A DNA stretch of 64,000 bases from Octopus sinensis (Eukaryota), in the NCBI RefSeq assembly GCF_006345805.1, contig NC_042997.1, positions 54,498,001 to 54,562,000 of the forward strand, in the 5' to 3' direction. A model generated the notes under the pieces. It was given only the letters and a program-made list of their open reading frames with translations, ran no database searches and was not told the DNA's origin. This document shows positions 12,730-25,200 of the stretch, piece after piece. The translations under genes were made by a program, and so were the position numbers. Numbering within the stretch: position 1 is the first letter of the stretch; every line of letters begins with the position of its first letter.

Positions 12730-13450
12730 ACTGACCAGATCTATGGATGGTGCAAAGTCCCCTCTTGATGCAACAAGGTTGTTGACAAGGCTATTAGAGA
12801 AAAGAAACAGGCTTGGAAGGACTGGAAGTACGGTGGTAGCAGGGAATTGCATCAGACTGCCAGTGGAACGTTAAGAGCACATCTGAACGTAGTGTAACTG
12901 GCCCACTTATGGGCGCCCCTCATTCATTGGACAATGAACTTTGTTTGCAAAGACCTATTGAGGCAAATGTAAACAAATCAAAATCGCTGACGTGGCTGAT
13001 GACAGTACTGCCTGATTGGCGTGCCAGTGGAACGTTAAAAGCATATCCAAGCATGATCATTGCCAGGGCCACAGATTGGCTCCCGTGCCGGTGACACGTA
13101 AAAAGTACCATTTGAGCATGATTTTTGCCAGTGTTGTCTTACTGGCACATGGAAAACAACATTCGAGTGTGGTTGTTGCCAGTGCTGCCGGACTGGTTCC
13201 CATGCAGGTAGCACATAAAAACACCTTTTGAGTATGGTCGTTGCCAGAACTGCCTGACTGGCCCTTGTGCCAGTGACATGTAAAAAGCACCCACTACACT
13301 CTCGGAGTGGTTGGCATTAGGAAGGGCATCCAGCTGTAGAAACTTTGCCAGATGAGATTGAGCCTGGTGCAGCCTCTGGCTCACCAGTCCTCAGTCAAAC
13401 CGTCTAACCCATGCCGGCATGGAAAGCGGACGTTAAACGATGATGATGAT
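12730..13450 (+). mobile_element. RTE LINE fragment joined to an RTE-type 3' tail with short tandem modules and (GAT)n end
   Basis: VDKAIREKKQAWKDWK-like coding remnant homologous to ~53750-53870, repeated GCCAGTG.CACGTAAAAAG units, then GGCATTAGGAAGGGCATCCAGCTGTAGAAAC...GACGTTAAACGATGATGATGAT. Confidence 0.8.
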
Positions 13451-13799
13451 ACACACATATATATATGTGTGTGTGTGAATATAGACCTGTGAATACTCTA
13501 CTACTTTCATATACACACATATATGTATGTATGTGTGTATCTTTGTGCTTGTCCCCCAACACCACTTGACAAATTATTTGATTAATATGGGTTTTAACTA
13601 TGTTGTTTCTATTTAATAAATGAACAGCCAAATCTATTGCACATGCATAAAAATGTATTATTCAAAACTAACAATTGCCAGATTGTATACACTTGCCATA
13701 TTATCTATGATGCTTTGTTTTGCAACTATGTTCATAAAATCTTCATTAATACCGGCATGTTTCTTTTTTACCCAGTGAATCACCAATTCCTCTTAACCC

Positions 13800-14560
13800 T
13801 TTGAACCTGCAAAAAATGCTTTAGCGAGCATGATTCGTTTCATTATCACAGTATCGACCAGATCATCAGAGCCTATTATACGCCGCTAGTTACAATACGC
13901 TTCCAGTTGTCTTGACTGCGCCGTTCTTTTCCATCTTGACCCAATCGTCTGCCCATCGTTGTAGAAGTCTTCCAAGTGGCCTTTTCCGATCTCTCGGAAA
14001 CCACTCGGCAACTGCATGAGTCCACCTGTTGTTTGTGAACAGTGAACCGGCCTAGCGGAAATTGTGCTTCCGGTACTCTACAAGTACATCATTCACTGCG
14101 CTCGATTCTCGAATTATCTCACTTCGAATATGCTCTCTTAATGACGTTCTAGCGTGGATCTTTCCATGGCCCTTTGTGTCACATTTAGTCGATGTTCTAT
14201 CCGCTTTCTTGTAGCCCAAGTCTTACTTGCGTATAAAAGCGCAAGTTGGATAGTGCTATTGAAAAGTGGCATTATCTAGCTTTGTTTGGAGCATTTCCTC
14301 TATTGAGTTAAACGCCTCACTTCCTGCTCCTATTCTCTTTGAGATTTCAGCATTCATTTCTCGGTGCATATTCACTGTGTGCCCTAAGTAGACGTACTCT
14401 TTTACCTCCTCGATTTCATCGCTTCCCGCCTTTATTTGGCCTTCGTCCAATGACCGCATATATCTGTCAGCGTATTCTACAGCTGGTCTGTGGTTCCAGC
14501 GATATACACGGTACAATGTCATCAACGAATCGAAGGTGTGTCAGTTTGATTATAACTCTT
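13800..14560 (-). mobile_element. RTE-clade LINE 3' fragment (second family, no Cys-rich insert)
   Basis: ORF 14256-14525 EIEEVKEYVYLGHTVNM..EISKRIGAG..AFNSI, followed by LLYASKTWATRK..RLNVTQRAMERS remnants. Confidence 0.8.
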
Positions 14561-15496
14561 GGAAAATGAAAACGCAGGCGGCGACGTGGTTTTGTGTTTA
14601 CGACTGAAAAAAGCGATGTTGCTGTCAATTATCACGCCGTAAACATAAAACCACATGGCTGCTTACATATGCATTTTCCAGGCATATGGTCAAACGAAAT
14701 TGTTCGCTTAAGTGTACTCGCGGGATCAAAATTAAATTCATCGTTGTGTCGGTTAAAACGGTATCTTGATCTAACAAAAATATTTATATATATTGTTAAT
14801 AGATTTTCAAATGCAAAATAGTGTTTGTTCTGATATTTTAGCTCGATATGAGAGTAAAGTTGAATATTCAAATATACAATCCTCATTCCAATGGATATTT
14901 CACTGGATTACTCTTCGACGAATGTACGATTTACGTTTATGAAAATAACCTAACAGCATGGATAACGAAAAACTACGCCGTTGTGGAGGACAGAGAATAA
15001 AAAACTTTGAGGAAGAGTTAACTTGGATAAAAAATAATGAAGTAGGAGGTTGACAGCATTAGAAAATATCGAATAAAATACCTAACCAGAAAAATAATTA
15101 ACTAGAGAGTTTAAATTAAAGAGAATAGAGAAAAGTAAAAATGGGTGAGAAAGCAGGAATGGTGAACATGAAGTAATGTATCAACAAAAGAGGTGGTTGT
15201 AAGATGTCTATAATATACTAATGATACTCACATAATAATATAGTTTAGAAGATGAAAATAGATTTAAAACTGAGGAGTACACTATTAGATTGATTTATCA
15301 GTTCTTTCAAATATCTCTATTTTTTTCTGGTTAATGAACTATCTCTTAACTTAACAGCAGTAAATATTTAGATATAACTAAAACAATGTAAGTAACTGTA
15401 AAGAAATAATAATATACCGACAATGCTTATAGACAGACTTAGTTGCTAAGAACGACATAAAGGATGTAGTTGATTATAAGTAAAGAACTCCCCTCC

Positions 15497-15518
15497 AATC
15501 AGTAGAGAGTGCTACAAC
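15497..15518. promoter_or_regulatory. Conserved upstream motif of the ZNF paralog
   Basis: AATCAGTAGAGAGTGCTACAAC, 21/22 identical to 4500-4521, within a weakly homologous block (~15150-15520 vs ~4110-4520). Confidence 0.45.
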
Positions 15519-17199
15519 GCTACATTTTGTTTGTTCGTTAGAGACGGTCCATCCTTGCACGTACATAGTTAATGTGCCCTTCTTTATTGTACTTTAATCT
15601 TATGTCAACCCTGACCCTGCAGGTTGGTGTTAGTTGATGCACTTCCCTTTGTTCGATACGTTCCCCTTCTTGAAACGGTTTGTGTCGAATTTGCATTAGC
15701 CTTCAATAAGGTTATTCAAGCTGTTAAAAATAGCAGTCAACTCTCAATTAGTGATAACAATCAAGTTACAAATAAATTACCGAAATTACGTAAAACATTT
15801 ATAAGAAAGTTATAAAACTGAAATTATTTTAATGTTATAACTTACAAGACTCCTATGAATTTTACAAAAGGTGTAATGTAACTTTTAGTTAAATGTTACA
15901 AATTCAAAAATTGATCCTCAAAATTGAAAAAGAAACCTTCATCGAATCTGATTCTATGTGAATTCGGAAAACCGTTCTCGATGACATAACGGCTTCTTTC
16001 ATTCATACACTTAGCTTTTTCTCGTGACTTCACCATGGATTCCTTTTCAGTCAACGAGTAAATTAAATACCTGAGGTGATTAACGACTCGATCATATTTT
16101 AAATCGCCTAAACTATTATTGGCCATCCGTACATAAAACCAAATTGAAGAATCCATTTCTCCATCATGGGATGTGAGAGAGCTACTTTCAACGGGAATGA
16201 AATGAGTCAAAGGGAGTATCTACATAGTCGCTCGATCTATTAGAAATAGAAGCCAAATCACAATTTAGTCTTAGGAAAGGAAACATTGGATGATATGTGT
16301 CTGAGTTCCTTACAAAGCAAAAGACGTGATGATTACATCTGGAATGTCTACTCGGTCAGGGATGATCTTGAGTTACATAATAACAAAAGATACGAAAACA
16401 TGAAAACGTCTATTCATTTTTCGTTAGATTCAGGTTCATAACATACAATGAGTCACTGCTCCCCTCTTATTCACCCTACGTGTATTTTGCGATGCACAAA
16501 GATCATTCAATTTCAGCAATAACTAAGGGTCCACCTATTTTTGCAGGATTTTGTTGGAATATTCTAGCAGAATTTACTAATTTCACTTAACGATTGCACA
16601 ATCATGTTTGATCAATTATTGAGACAATCAGTCAGCACCTAAACACCACAGATAGGTCACACAAAGAATTTGCTAGAGCCCTAGCAACGATTTTTCTAAC
16701 AATTTCTTGTTGAAAGCTTGTAGTAGGCTTTATATGCAGGTTAATGAGATCTCAGTTTCGCACTGTGCCAGCACCAGTAATAATCCGTTAAGTTTTGGCT
16801 ATAGTATAAGTTATCTTTAAAACTGAGCTGGTAGGTCGGTTTTGAGGATGAAACCCACTCCTATCTGCATCAGCCTTATTTTCCAAAAATTTTGGTTAGC
16901 TATCATACTGAAAATTACCTCACTTCGCTTTAGGTTTTATATACATCTAGAGGGAGTTTTTGTCAACTAGCTGCGTTGACAGTTATACTGAAATGCGACT
17001 GTATAGGCATTTAATATACAGAACAACCCCCAGCTATATTATGTAACTGTACTGGGCACCGTATTGCCATTATCCATGACCTGCAGATCCTACTTATAAT
17101 TTTCTCTCCCACCCTTTTCCCCTGCTAGATGTGAGTAGCCATGAACATCCCACAACCCCACTCCATAGCAATACTTGTCCCTAGCATGAAGTTCACCCC

Positions 17200-17370
17200 C
17201 ACCACCTCTCATAATTTGCAGTTAGAACTGCATGGTGACCTCATAGTGCAGGTGGCACAAGAAAAAGTACCCATGGTTGGCATTAGAAAGGGCTTGATGC
17301 AGTCTTTGAACTCATCGGATCCTGTCAAACCATGTAACTGATGCTAGCAAACATTAAATGATGATGATTA
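17200..17370 (+). mobile_element. RTE-type 3' tail repeat, degenerate
   Basis: GGTTGGCATTAGAAAGGGC...AAACCATG..GCAAACATTAAATGATGATGAT. Other copies at ~28230-28520 (+), ~30758-31080 (-), ~31270-31475 (+), ~45070-45230 (+), ~45290-45480 (-), ~52050-52400 (-), ~54920-55165 (+), ~57550-57700 (-). Confidence 0.7.
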
Positions 17371-17543
17371 TATATATATATATGTGTGTGTGTGTGTAAG
17401 AAAGAAAAGTTTGTATATTAAAATTTATGGTGATATTAGGATCATATTACAACATTACAAATTAAATAAGTACCGGTTTCACGATCAAACGATTGTCAAC
17501 TTATATTGTGAAAACTTTTTTGCTGTCAATAGGACACCATTAA

Positions 17544-17762
17544 CCCTTTAGTGTTCAGATTATTCTATCAAACATAATGCTTATTGATTCCCATTGATTT
17601 GAATTAATCATGCATTATCTCATATCTTCAAGATCTTGATGGTGTAATTACTTAATGTAGAATAACATTGTAGGGTAGGTGTGAGAGCCTGAATCTGGTC
17701 TGTTTGAGCATAAAACAGATTAGCTATTTTGGCTGGATATGGCAGGTTTAAATACTAAAGGG
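17544..17762. mobile_element. piggyBac-like MITE
   Basis: TTAA|CCCTTTAGT...ACTAAAGGG|TTAA: TTAA TSD, CCC/GGG termini. Homologous copy at 32095-32311. Confidence 0.85.
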
Positions 17763-18199
17763 TTAAAAAAAATTGAACAGAGAAGAAGCAATATGTTAAG
17801 CAGAGAAACTCCTATGTTTTCATGAAGCTCTTCCGTGTTTTTGGCAAGCATACAGTTACAGGAGTCATTTCATTTTATACAGTTAATTATATTATATATA
17901 GGTTTAAAGATTAAGCAATAATGTGTGAATGAGTGTATATACATATATTTTATGCTCTAAGATCGCATTTTCTCTCTTGTAAAATATATATGTATGTATA
18001 TATATATATACATACACACACACACATATAAGTATGAACAGTAATTTATACCTAAAAATTGTGGTTAGCATACAAATATAACTTTTTTGTGTATGTTGAA
18101 ATTCCATAATTGAATAAAATAAATCAGACCAATAGAAAATGAATGATAAAGCAATTGCCAAAATATGAATATTTTCTCCATAAGTCATATCGGACCTCT

Positions 18200-19760
18200 C
18201 ATGATTCAGGTTTGAATATGAATGGGTGTCCAGGAGTCAAGTAATTAAGTGACAATTAGTAATACAATTAAAATGAATTGGTGTTTCGTTCAGGTTTGTA
18301 TTTTTGGATGAAATATGTCTCTTTATTGAATCGGGCTTGTGTAGAAGTCCAGTCAGCAAACTTATATAGAAGGAAAATAGTGAATTTATGTTCTATTTGT
18401 TTCATACATACATATGTTCACTGAGATAAATTTGGCGATATTGTGGTGAGGCTATCTGTTGACGATGCACCGCACAACATTGACGGATAGAATTCCCTGT
18501 GCTACTGATATAGTCTTTCTGGCAGCCCAAGCATCTGATTTCCGGATGCACAGGTGAAATTTAATTTAATTGTAAAGTGTTGCCCTTGTTTAAAATAGTA
18601 TTCTGACCCTTCCGAAAGGTTGGGGCGATTACATTTTTTTACTTTAAAGCTTGTTGTGGAGAGGAGTAATTTTGCATTAGTTAGCAGTTTCTTTAATGAC
18701 TTAGATTGCTTGTTGCATTTGACAATTTTAATGTCACGTAAAATTATTTTAGTTTTGGGTCCTTGCGTAGTATTGGTAGGTTTTGTATGATTGTGCTGCT
18801 GAATGTTTCTTTGTTTCTGGGGTTGTATGTGGAAATGTAGGGCAGTGTTTTAAGGAGACGTTTGTTAATGTCTTTGGTTTTTCTTAATGTCTCAGTGTGG
18901 ATAGATTTGGCATGTTTTATTCCTTCATTAATGAGTTGGATTGGGTAGTGTCTATCCAGGAGGACACTTTTCAGTTCTTGTAGTCTTAAATCTCAAGTTT
19001 TTTTCTCTGAGACAATAGTGCAGATTCTCCTTGCAAGGTTGAAGGGGATGTTTGTTTTTGTGTCTCGGATGACAAGAGCTAAAAAGAAGGTATTGTTTTG
19101 CATCTGTTGTTTTATAAAATATGTCTGTTTCGATTTCGTTGTTTGTTTTTTTTAATTAGAATGTCTAGGAATGGAAGTGCCTCCTGGTTGTATTCCATTG
19201 TGAATTGAATGCTGTTTAGAAGTGTTTTAAATTCTAGGAATTTATGTTGTTATTCTAGAGTATGAATTTAATTGATTCAATGATGGTTTTGTTTATTCGT
19301 TCTGGTATTTCCTCTGGATGTAGTTCTAGCCAGAATCGAATCACTTCCATTCCATAATCATGTGCAATGTTGGAGTATAGGTTTATAACATCGGAGACCA
19401 TGAGAGATTCTTCCCTGACCTGTTCTGGGAGATGGTTCAGCATGTCTAAATCATCTCTGATGTAGCTTCTAATATGTTTTAGATATGGCTTCAAGCAACA
19501 GAGGTTGGCAAGAGAGATTGTTGTGAGAGGTTTTCGGAGGTTGGTGAGAGAGGTTGTCAGAGGGAGAGGCATCTTTGTTCCAAAGTTTCAAGTCTTGCAG
19601 GGCTTTGTGATACACAATATTTTTGGTTTTGCCATTGGGTGCATAGATGAATAAATTTTCCGAATTTCCAACTCTAAAGCTGTCCATGAGAAAAGTAGGA
19701 TTGGGACACACTTATTAAATACGTTCTGGAATCAAAAATTTATCTTCTGTCATCGAAAAA
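18200..19760 (-). mobile_element. Penelope-like element (Neptune-like), degenerate RT plus GIY-YIG endonuclease, central RT deletion
   Basis: LKPYLKHIRSYIRDDLDMLNHLP..DVINLYSNIAH..IKFIL; IQFTMEYNQEALPFLDILI; HPRH..NIPFNLARRICTIV; FTCAS..CLGCQKDYI..VHRQQI..KETYFIQKYKP. Confidence 0.85.
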
Positions 19761-20129
19761 GTTTAACTGGAAAAAGGCAGAATTATTGGAGTTATGGGCA
19801 TTCAAAGTGTAATCAAATTTAATTGAAAATGCTGCATTCATTGTCAGCATTTAGTTATTTGGAGATATTGAAAAAATGTCTATTAATGCATTAATAGACA
19901 TTAATTACAGCAATATGTATATAACTGTTCAGATGTTAAAGTAGAATAGATGAAGAATAATTGTTTGATTTAGTAAATATCAAACATAATGAATCAGAGA
20001 CTTACTTGAGATCGCTGTTGTTGCATTAGCAGCTTGTGAAGTAGAAGTACCCATTCGTTGGCATTTTAAAAGTTAACTTTATCAAGGCTAATTTATTAAA
20101 GTTAGTATATAAGTGTAGTATATATGTAA

Positions 20130-20302
20130 GCGCAAAAAAGTATGTAAGTATATAAATGCATGAATGAAGTTTTTAAAGTTTAAGATTCAAATCAAGAGAG
20201 TACAATAATAAGGTTAGCGCAAAAAAGTATGTATGTATATAAATGTATGAATATAGTCTTTAAGGTTTAAGATTCAAATCAAGAAAGTGCAATAATAAGG
20301 TT
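20130..20302. repeat. Two-copy 87-bp tandem repeat
   Basis: GCGCAAAAAAGTATGTA...AAGATTCAAATCAAGA...CAATAATAAGGTT starts at 20130 and 20217. Confidence 0.85.
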
Positions 20303-20461
20303 TAACAGTTCTAACTGTGAGTAGTGAAATGCAGAATTGGGTCTGCTGATCGTGAGAATCAAATATTGATCACTTCGCTAAAAACTGACAATTGTAAGTG
20401 CAGGTGCTATGGGCTGTTTCTTTTCAATGTTTAAATAAAATACATTAGTTATATGTAGTAG

Positions 20462-20665
20462 ATATAAGGATCCCTTCCAGGGGCCCTATTATCGATTTTT
20501 TTTTCCAACAATCTAAGTATGTCACAAGGTTTCCAGACATGAGTTCTATTCACGTGTCAAGTTTCATCAAAATTGATATAAAATGATGTAGGAGGAGTTA
20601 GCAAACAACTTCACAAACAAACACACCCAGACAGAATTTCCAACATATATAGTAGATATATATAT
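20462..20665 (+). mobile_element. 3' module of the Helentron/HINE-like element
   Basis: Close match to ~8397-8573 (AAGGATCCCTTCCAGGG...GTTTCCAGACATGAGTTCTA...AGGAGGAGTTAGC...ACAGAATTTCC). Confidence 0.65.
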
Positions 20666-23600
20666 ATTTTGCAATTTTTTAAAGAGTAAAGAGGTGGATT
20701 TAATTTTAAATAACTAAGAAATAAACATGATGTCAATTATAAAGCTGTATTGACATCAATTACAATTAAGTAAATAAGAAATACCTTTATGCAAAAGATA
20801 GCATTAATGCTATTTTTTTCTAATTAGTAATCTGACAAACTTAGCATTTAAAGTGTTTTTTTCCTTCTGTCTATGAATTAAATATAGTATCTATTCATTA
20901 GTTTCTGTATTTTGGGTGATATAATTTCTCCAACATTAGAACATAACATACTGCTAATAATGGGAGTCAAACTCATGTCTTTAGCCACTGGATAATAGTC
21001 TATTTTAGTTTGCTACTTTTAGATTACTGAAAGAAAGACAGCAGAAATAAAATAAGAGAACCAAAAAAAAAACAAAGATTTTTTTCTTTAATTTTATTAC
21101 AAAATTGAAATATGAATGGGGGAATAAAATGTGAGAAATTGCTTCCTATACATATTAGTATGACATGCATAGGTATCTATGGCAGACAACACTGAACACC
21201 TAAGTCATAAGAACATGCCTCTTCCTCAGATGGTATTATATTAAGACATGAAAGGAAGACAGTGGCAAAATTCAAGAACAGTGCTAGAAAATATACATTC
21301 AGCATCATTTAAATGCTATATTATAAAGCCATATAGAACAAAAATTTGCCATTTGCTTTAGCCACAAAGTGTAGCACATCAGAGGTAATAAATACAACAT
21401 TTATCAGAAATATTGGAATCACTAAACAAGTTGTAAAACTAAAAAGATATTGTGAGCTTGATAAAAAGTTTAAGTAAAACCTAAAAATTCAATCAATGAA
21501 TACAATAAAACTAAACCACTTTTGACACATCACAGTAAAATGTTCAAATAGCTGTTGAAAATGGTTACATTAACTTATCAACTATAAAAATATTGACTGA
21601 AGAAGATAATTCTAAAACTATTAATTTAAATGATTAGAAACTAAAACTAACAAATGAAACTAAATTTGTTTATCTTTGAGCATAATTAAAAAATGATTAA
21701 AGTAAAACTACTGAAAGCACATAAACTCTGTCAAGTCAGGAGTATAAAAGTATATCTTTCAAACGATCCCATGAGGGTGGGAATGCTGTAGTTTCAAATT
21801 AAACTTCTCAATATGAGTAATTATAAATTGCAGACAATAAAATCTTCAAAAGTTTAAAGAGAAAATAATTCCTAAGAAAACTCAAATTTGCTCTGCTAAA
21901 ATATTAAGTTTTTTTCCCCCCAAAAGAATTACACTTCCTCCATCACCAACAAAAAATGTGATATTTCAAGTAGTTTAAAGGAGTTTAACTTTAAAATACA
22001 ATCAAAAAGATTTGATTGAATATAAAAAAAAAAACCTGAGAAAATGTAATACTTACAAACATCTGATATTAGTATTATAATATTAACTTTTATTATTAGC
22101 ACACTTGCCAAAAAACAATTTGTAACTTAACATAATTTTTCTTCCTTCTAGCAAAATTTGAATATAAATTGAACCTTGGATACCAAAATGGCTACCCTAT
22201 TAGAAACAATTTTAGTCTTAGAAAACTCTTTTATACATTTCAGAATGTTTCCAGACATTATTCTGGTTGAAAAAATAATTGTATGTGAGATTCAAGTATA
22301 TATCAAAATTAATTAAGAAAATTTAGATACATAGTGTTTAGATGTGGTTAATAGTGATTGGGATATACAATTCATGCACTAATATTGGTTGTTCCTTATT
22401 TGCTCTGAGTCAACTGATTACATTAATACTTGCAAAAAGTTTTAAAAGACCAGAATAAAAAGCACAGAAAGGTGAGTGTAAGGTTTTAGATTAGTATAAT
22501 AGAAAGCACATTTCAATCAGATATAATACATCTAATAAATTTGAAGATAAAAAAAAAAAAAAAAGCTACTTATTGTCCTGCTCCACTTGAAAATAAAATC
22601 TCTAGATCTAGTAACCTATTTAATTCACTATATGAAAGTCTTATTTGTCTATTACATATAAAACTTGACAGTGCATTACTATGTTTTGAATAGAAATGTT
22701 TCAAACTGAAGTTAAGAATTCGAACTGTAGATTTTGAAAATAAGCTATCTTCTAACAAATGAATTGAATTATAATAGCAAAATACTTTAAGTTATTAACT
22801 ATATGGTGTTTAATAGAGTAGAGTCAACAAGCTAAAGAGAAATACAGGAATAAAGATTATATCAACAACTTGTGGATAAATATTTCTAAATATTTTGTTT
22901 TACTAATTTGAAAGAGAAATAGTTACTTTTCAAAAAGCTTTACTTTTAATGTTAAAATATATACTACAATTTAAATATGCTACACAAGAGAAAATGATAT
23001 AGCCATAGCCCCGTTTCAGATAATGGACTGTGTTCAGTATTGCCTTCTTTTGTGGATCAGTGCCATAGGGGCTAACTATTTACCCAGATATTGGTTAGTA
23101 ATGAACCCCCCAACTCTCAACAGAGAAAAGACCAACTGGATTGAAGTTACAAGAAAATTAATATTGAAGATAAATGTAAGTTACTACTATCTATATAATA
23201 AAAGTACCTAAGTAATAAAGAGAGTTAAGTAGATTTGTCTTAAATATTTATTGAGAATAAATACTGTATAAGAAGAAAAAAAAAACTTTATGTCTATTTC
23301 AATCACAGGTAAAATAAATTAAGTCTACAATTTACAGTAACCTAGCCACTGCACAATCACAGTCAACTAATGTAAGACAAACCATCTGAAGTTTTACTTT
23401 ACCAAAACCTAAAGGTCAAAATAGCAGGGTGAATTATTCCAACTATATTGTTCAAGCAATGATCCACATGTCACTATCACAAAAGACTGATTTTTAATCT
23501 TGGTGTTATTTCCTTTACACTTTTTGTTAATATTTCTAAATGCTTAATATAGTTAGTAGAATAATGCTGAATAAATGATGTCTACTGGTATGTAATGTAA

Positions 23601-24243
23601 TGAATGACGGTGTGAATCATACAATACAGAAACTAATCATAACAGTACAATAATCTCCTGTCTATATAATAGACTTTACAGAGATCAAGGCAGTTCAACG
23701 CATAGCTACCTTCAGATAATCACTAGTTTGCTGTGCACTCTTCCATCAGAATCAAACTGATCATACAACCAAGAGATGTTATGAAACTAAAAATAATGAT
23801 TATTAGAAAAGAAATCAGTACACACATATTACATTTATTTCCAAAAAGGAAACTGCAAAGAATAATCAGGATAGCAAGGGGACACCACACAGGGTTATAG
23901 AAGGTGCTCAGTGCACCTAGCAGCTGCTACTGAACAACTAAGATGGCGCATGTAAAGGAAGATGGATATTTGTTCGACAACAATGAAGAGACCATTCAAC
24001 TTAGAGTTCAATATTCAGCTCTAGCAAGTGTGAGAGCAACAAGAAATAAGAAAGTCCAGAATTAGTCTCTTGCGAGACTTAACAGCCAAAAACAACACTA
24101 ATGGTGAATGAAGTTAAATGATAATTGAAGTATGTGAGAATTTTTATGTACATCTGTTCTGAAGGTGCTGGTAGCTGTTGCCTGTCATTGCTGGATTAAA
24201 GCTGGGCTAAAAATCTTTCTTGTATCTGTCATATTTCACTCAT

Positions 24244-24267
24244 CTACATACGGCAGCCAGAAAGCCT
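24244..24267 (-). CDS. WDR82: WDR82 coding exon 9 (last): AFWLPYV*
   Basis: TATTTTCAG| acceptor, phase 0. AFWLP matches the WDR82/Swd2 C-terminus. See the finding on a possible 2-nt insertion. Confidence 0.85.
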   Translation of the reverse strand, partial: RLSGCRM

Positions 24268-24579
24268 GAAAATACATTTAATACATGAATATTTAAAAAA
24301 AAAAATATTTATGAGAATTACCAACTTCAAATTAGACATAACTGCAAGCAATTAAAAGCAAATATCTCTGTGTTCATTTGTTCATGTTTTATGTCTGGTT
24401 TTCCATACTGGCAATGGATTAGATCAAAAATTATTGAGACTATTTTCACAGATATCCTTCCTCTTATCAATCCTATTCTGATTTTGAAGTACAGAATTTT
24501 TCCCCACTTTTTCCATTGGGTTTGAAAGTGCAGAGCTACAGGGCATATTGTTTACATAGAATAGGAACATTCATGCATG

Positions 24580-24613
<34 letters not shown>

Positions 24614-24689
24614 TTCCCTATGGTCAGACGTATTTTTATGGAAAATTAGAAACGGGAAAATTCACCTGTATGATGGTGATGCTTGTTTT

Positions 24690-25200
24690 ACAGCCACCAC
24701 ATGTCAAGACAAGGTACACAAACACACATATATGCTCATATATATAATGGGCTTCTTTTTAATTTCTTCTACCAAATCCACTCACAAGGCCTTAGTCAAC
24801 CTGGGGCTCTAAAAGAAGACAATGGCTGAAGGTGGAATGCAGTGGAACTGAATGCTAAACCATATGGTTGGGAGGGAAGCTTACTTTTTAACCATGTGGT
24901 TTCAGGTAGAATCCCAATGCATGACACCTTGGCAAGTGTCTTTTACCATAGGGGAGAGAGAGAGAGAGAACAGGACTGATTGGTAAACAGAATGCTTTGC
25001 TCTCTGCACTCTGAGTCCATATCCCACTGAGGTTAATCTGCTTTCCATTCTTTCGTGGTTGTTAGTGACGGCAGTAGTTTTTACTTCTATACATATATGT
25101 ATATTCTTTTATTTGTTTAAGTCATTTGACTGCAGTCATGCTGGAGCACCGCCTTTCGTCAAACAAATCGACCCTAGGACTTATTCTTTGGTGGTGTTCA
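24690..25200. mobile_element. Cluster of SINE fragments in WDR82 intron 8
   Basis: AAATCCACTCACAAGGC, CCTTGGCAAGTGTCTT, TTCTTTTATTTGTTT..CATTTGACTGCAGTCATGCTGGAGCACC modules that recur elsewhere in the window. Confidence 0.65.

Noticed and set aside
12990-13300. CRISPR-like repeat-spacer array
   Set aside because: Eukaryotic context, degenerate repeats, spacers related to each other, no cas genes. It is a retroelement tail minisatellite.
15896-16210. 104-aa minus-strand ORF upstream of the ZNF paralog
   Set aside because: Non-ATG start, no recognisable domain, no counterpart upstream of gene 1.
18990-19020. In-frame TGA in the PLE as a selenocysteine codon (as reported for some Naiad PLEs)
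   Set aside because: The TGA falls in KT*DLRLQEL, where Arg (CGA, CpG decay) is the likely ancestor rather than Cys, and the copy has many other lesions.
22570-22758. 62-aa minus-strand ORF downstream of WDR82
   Set aside because: No recognisable motif or supported exon chain. Probably 3' UTR or intergenic sequence.
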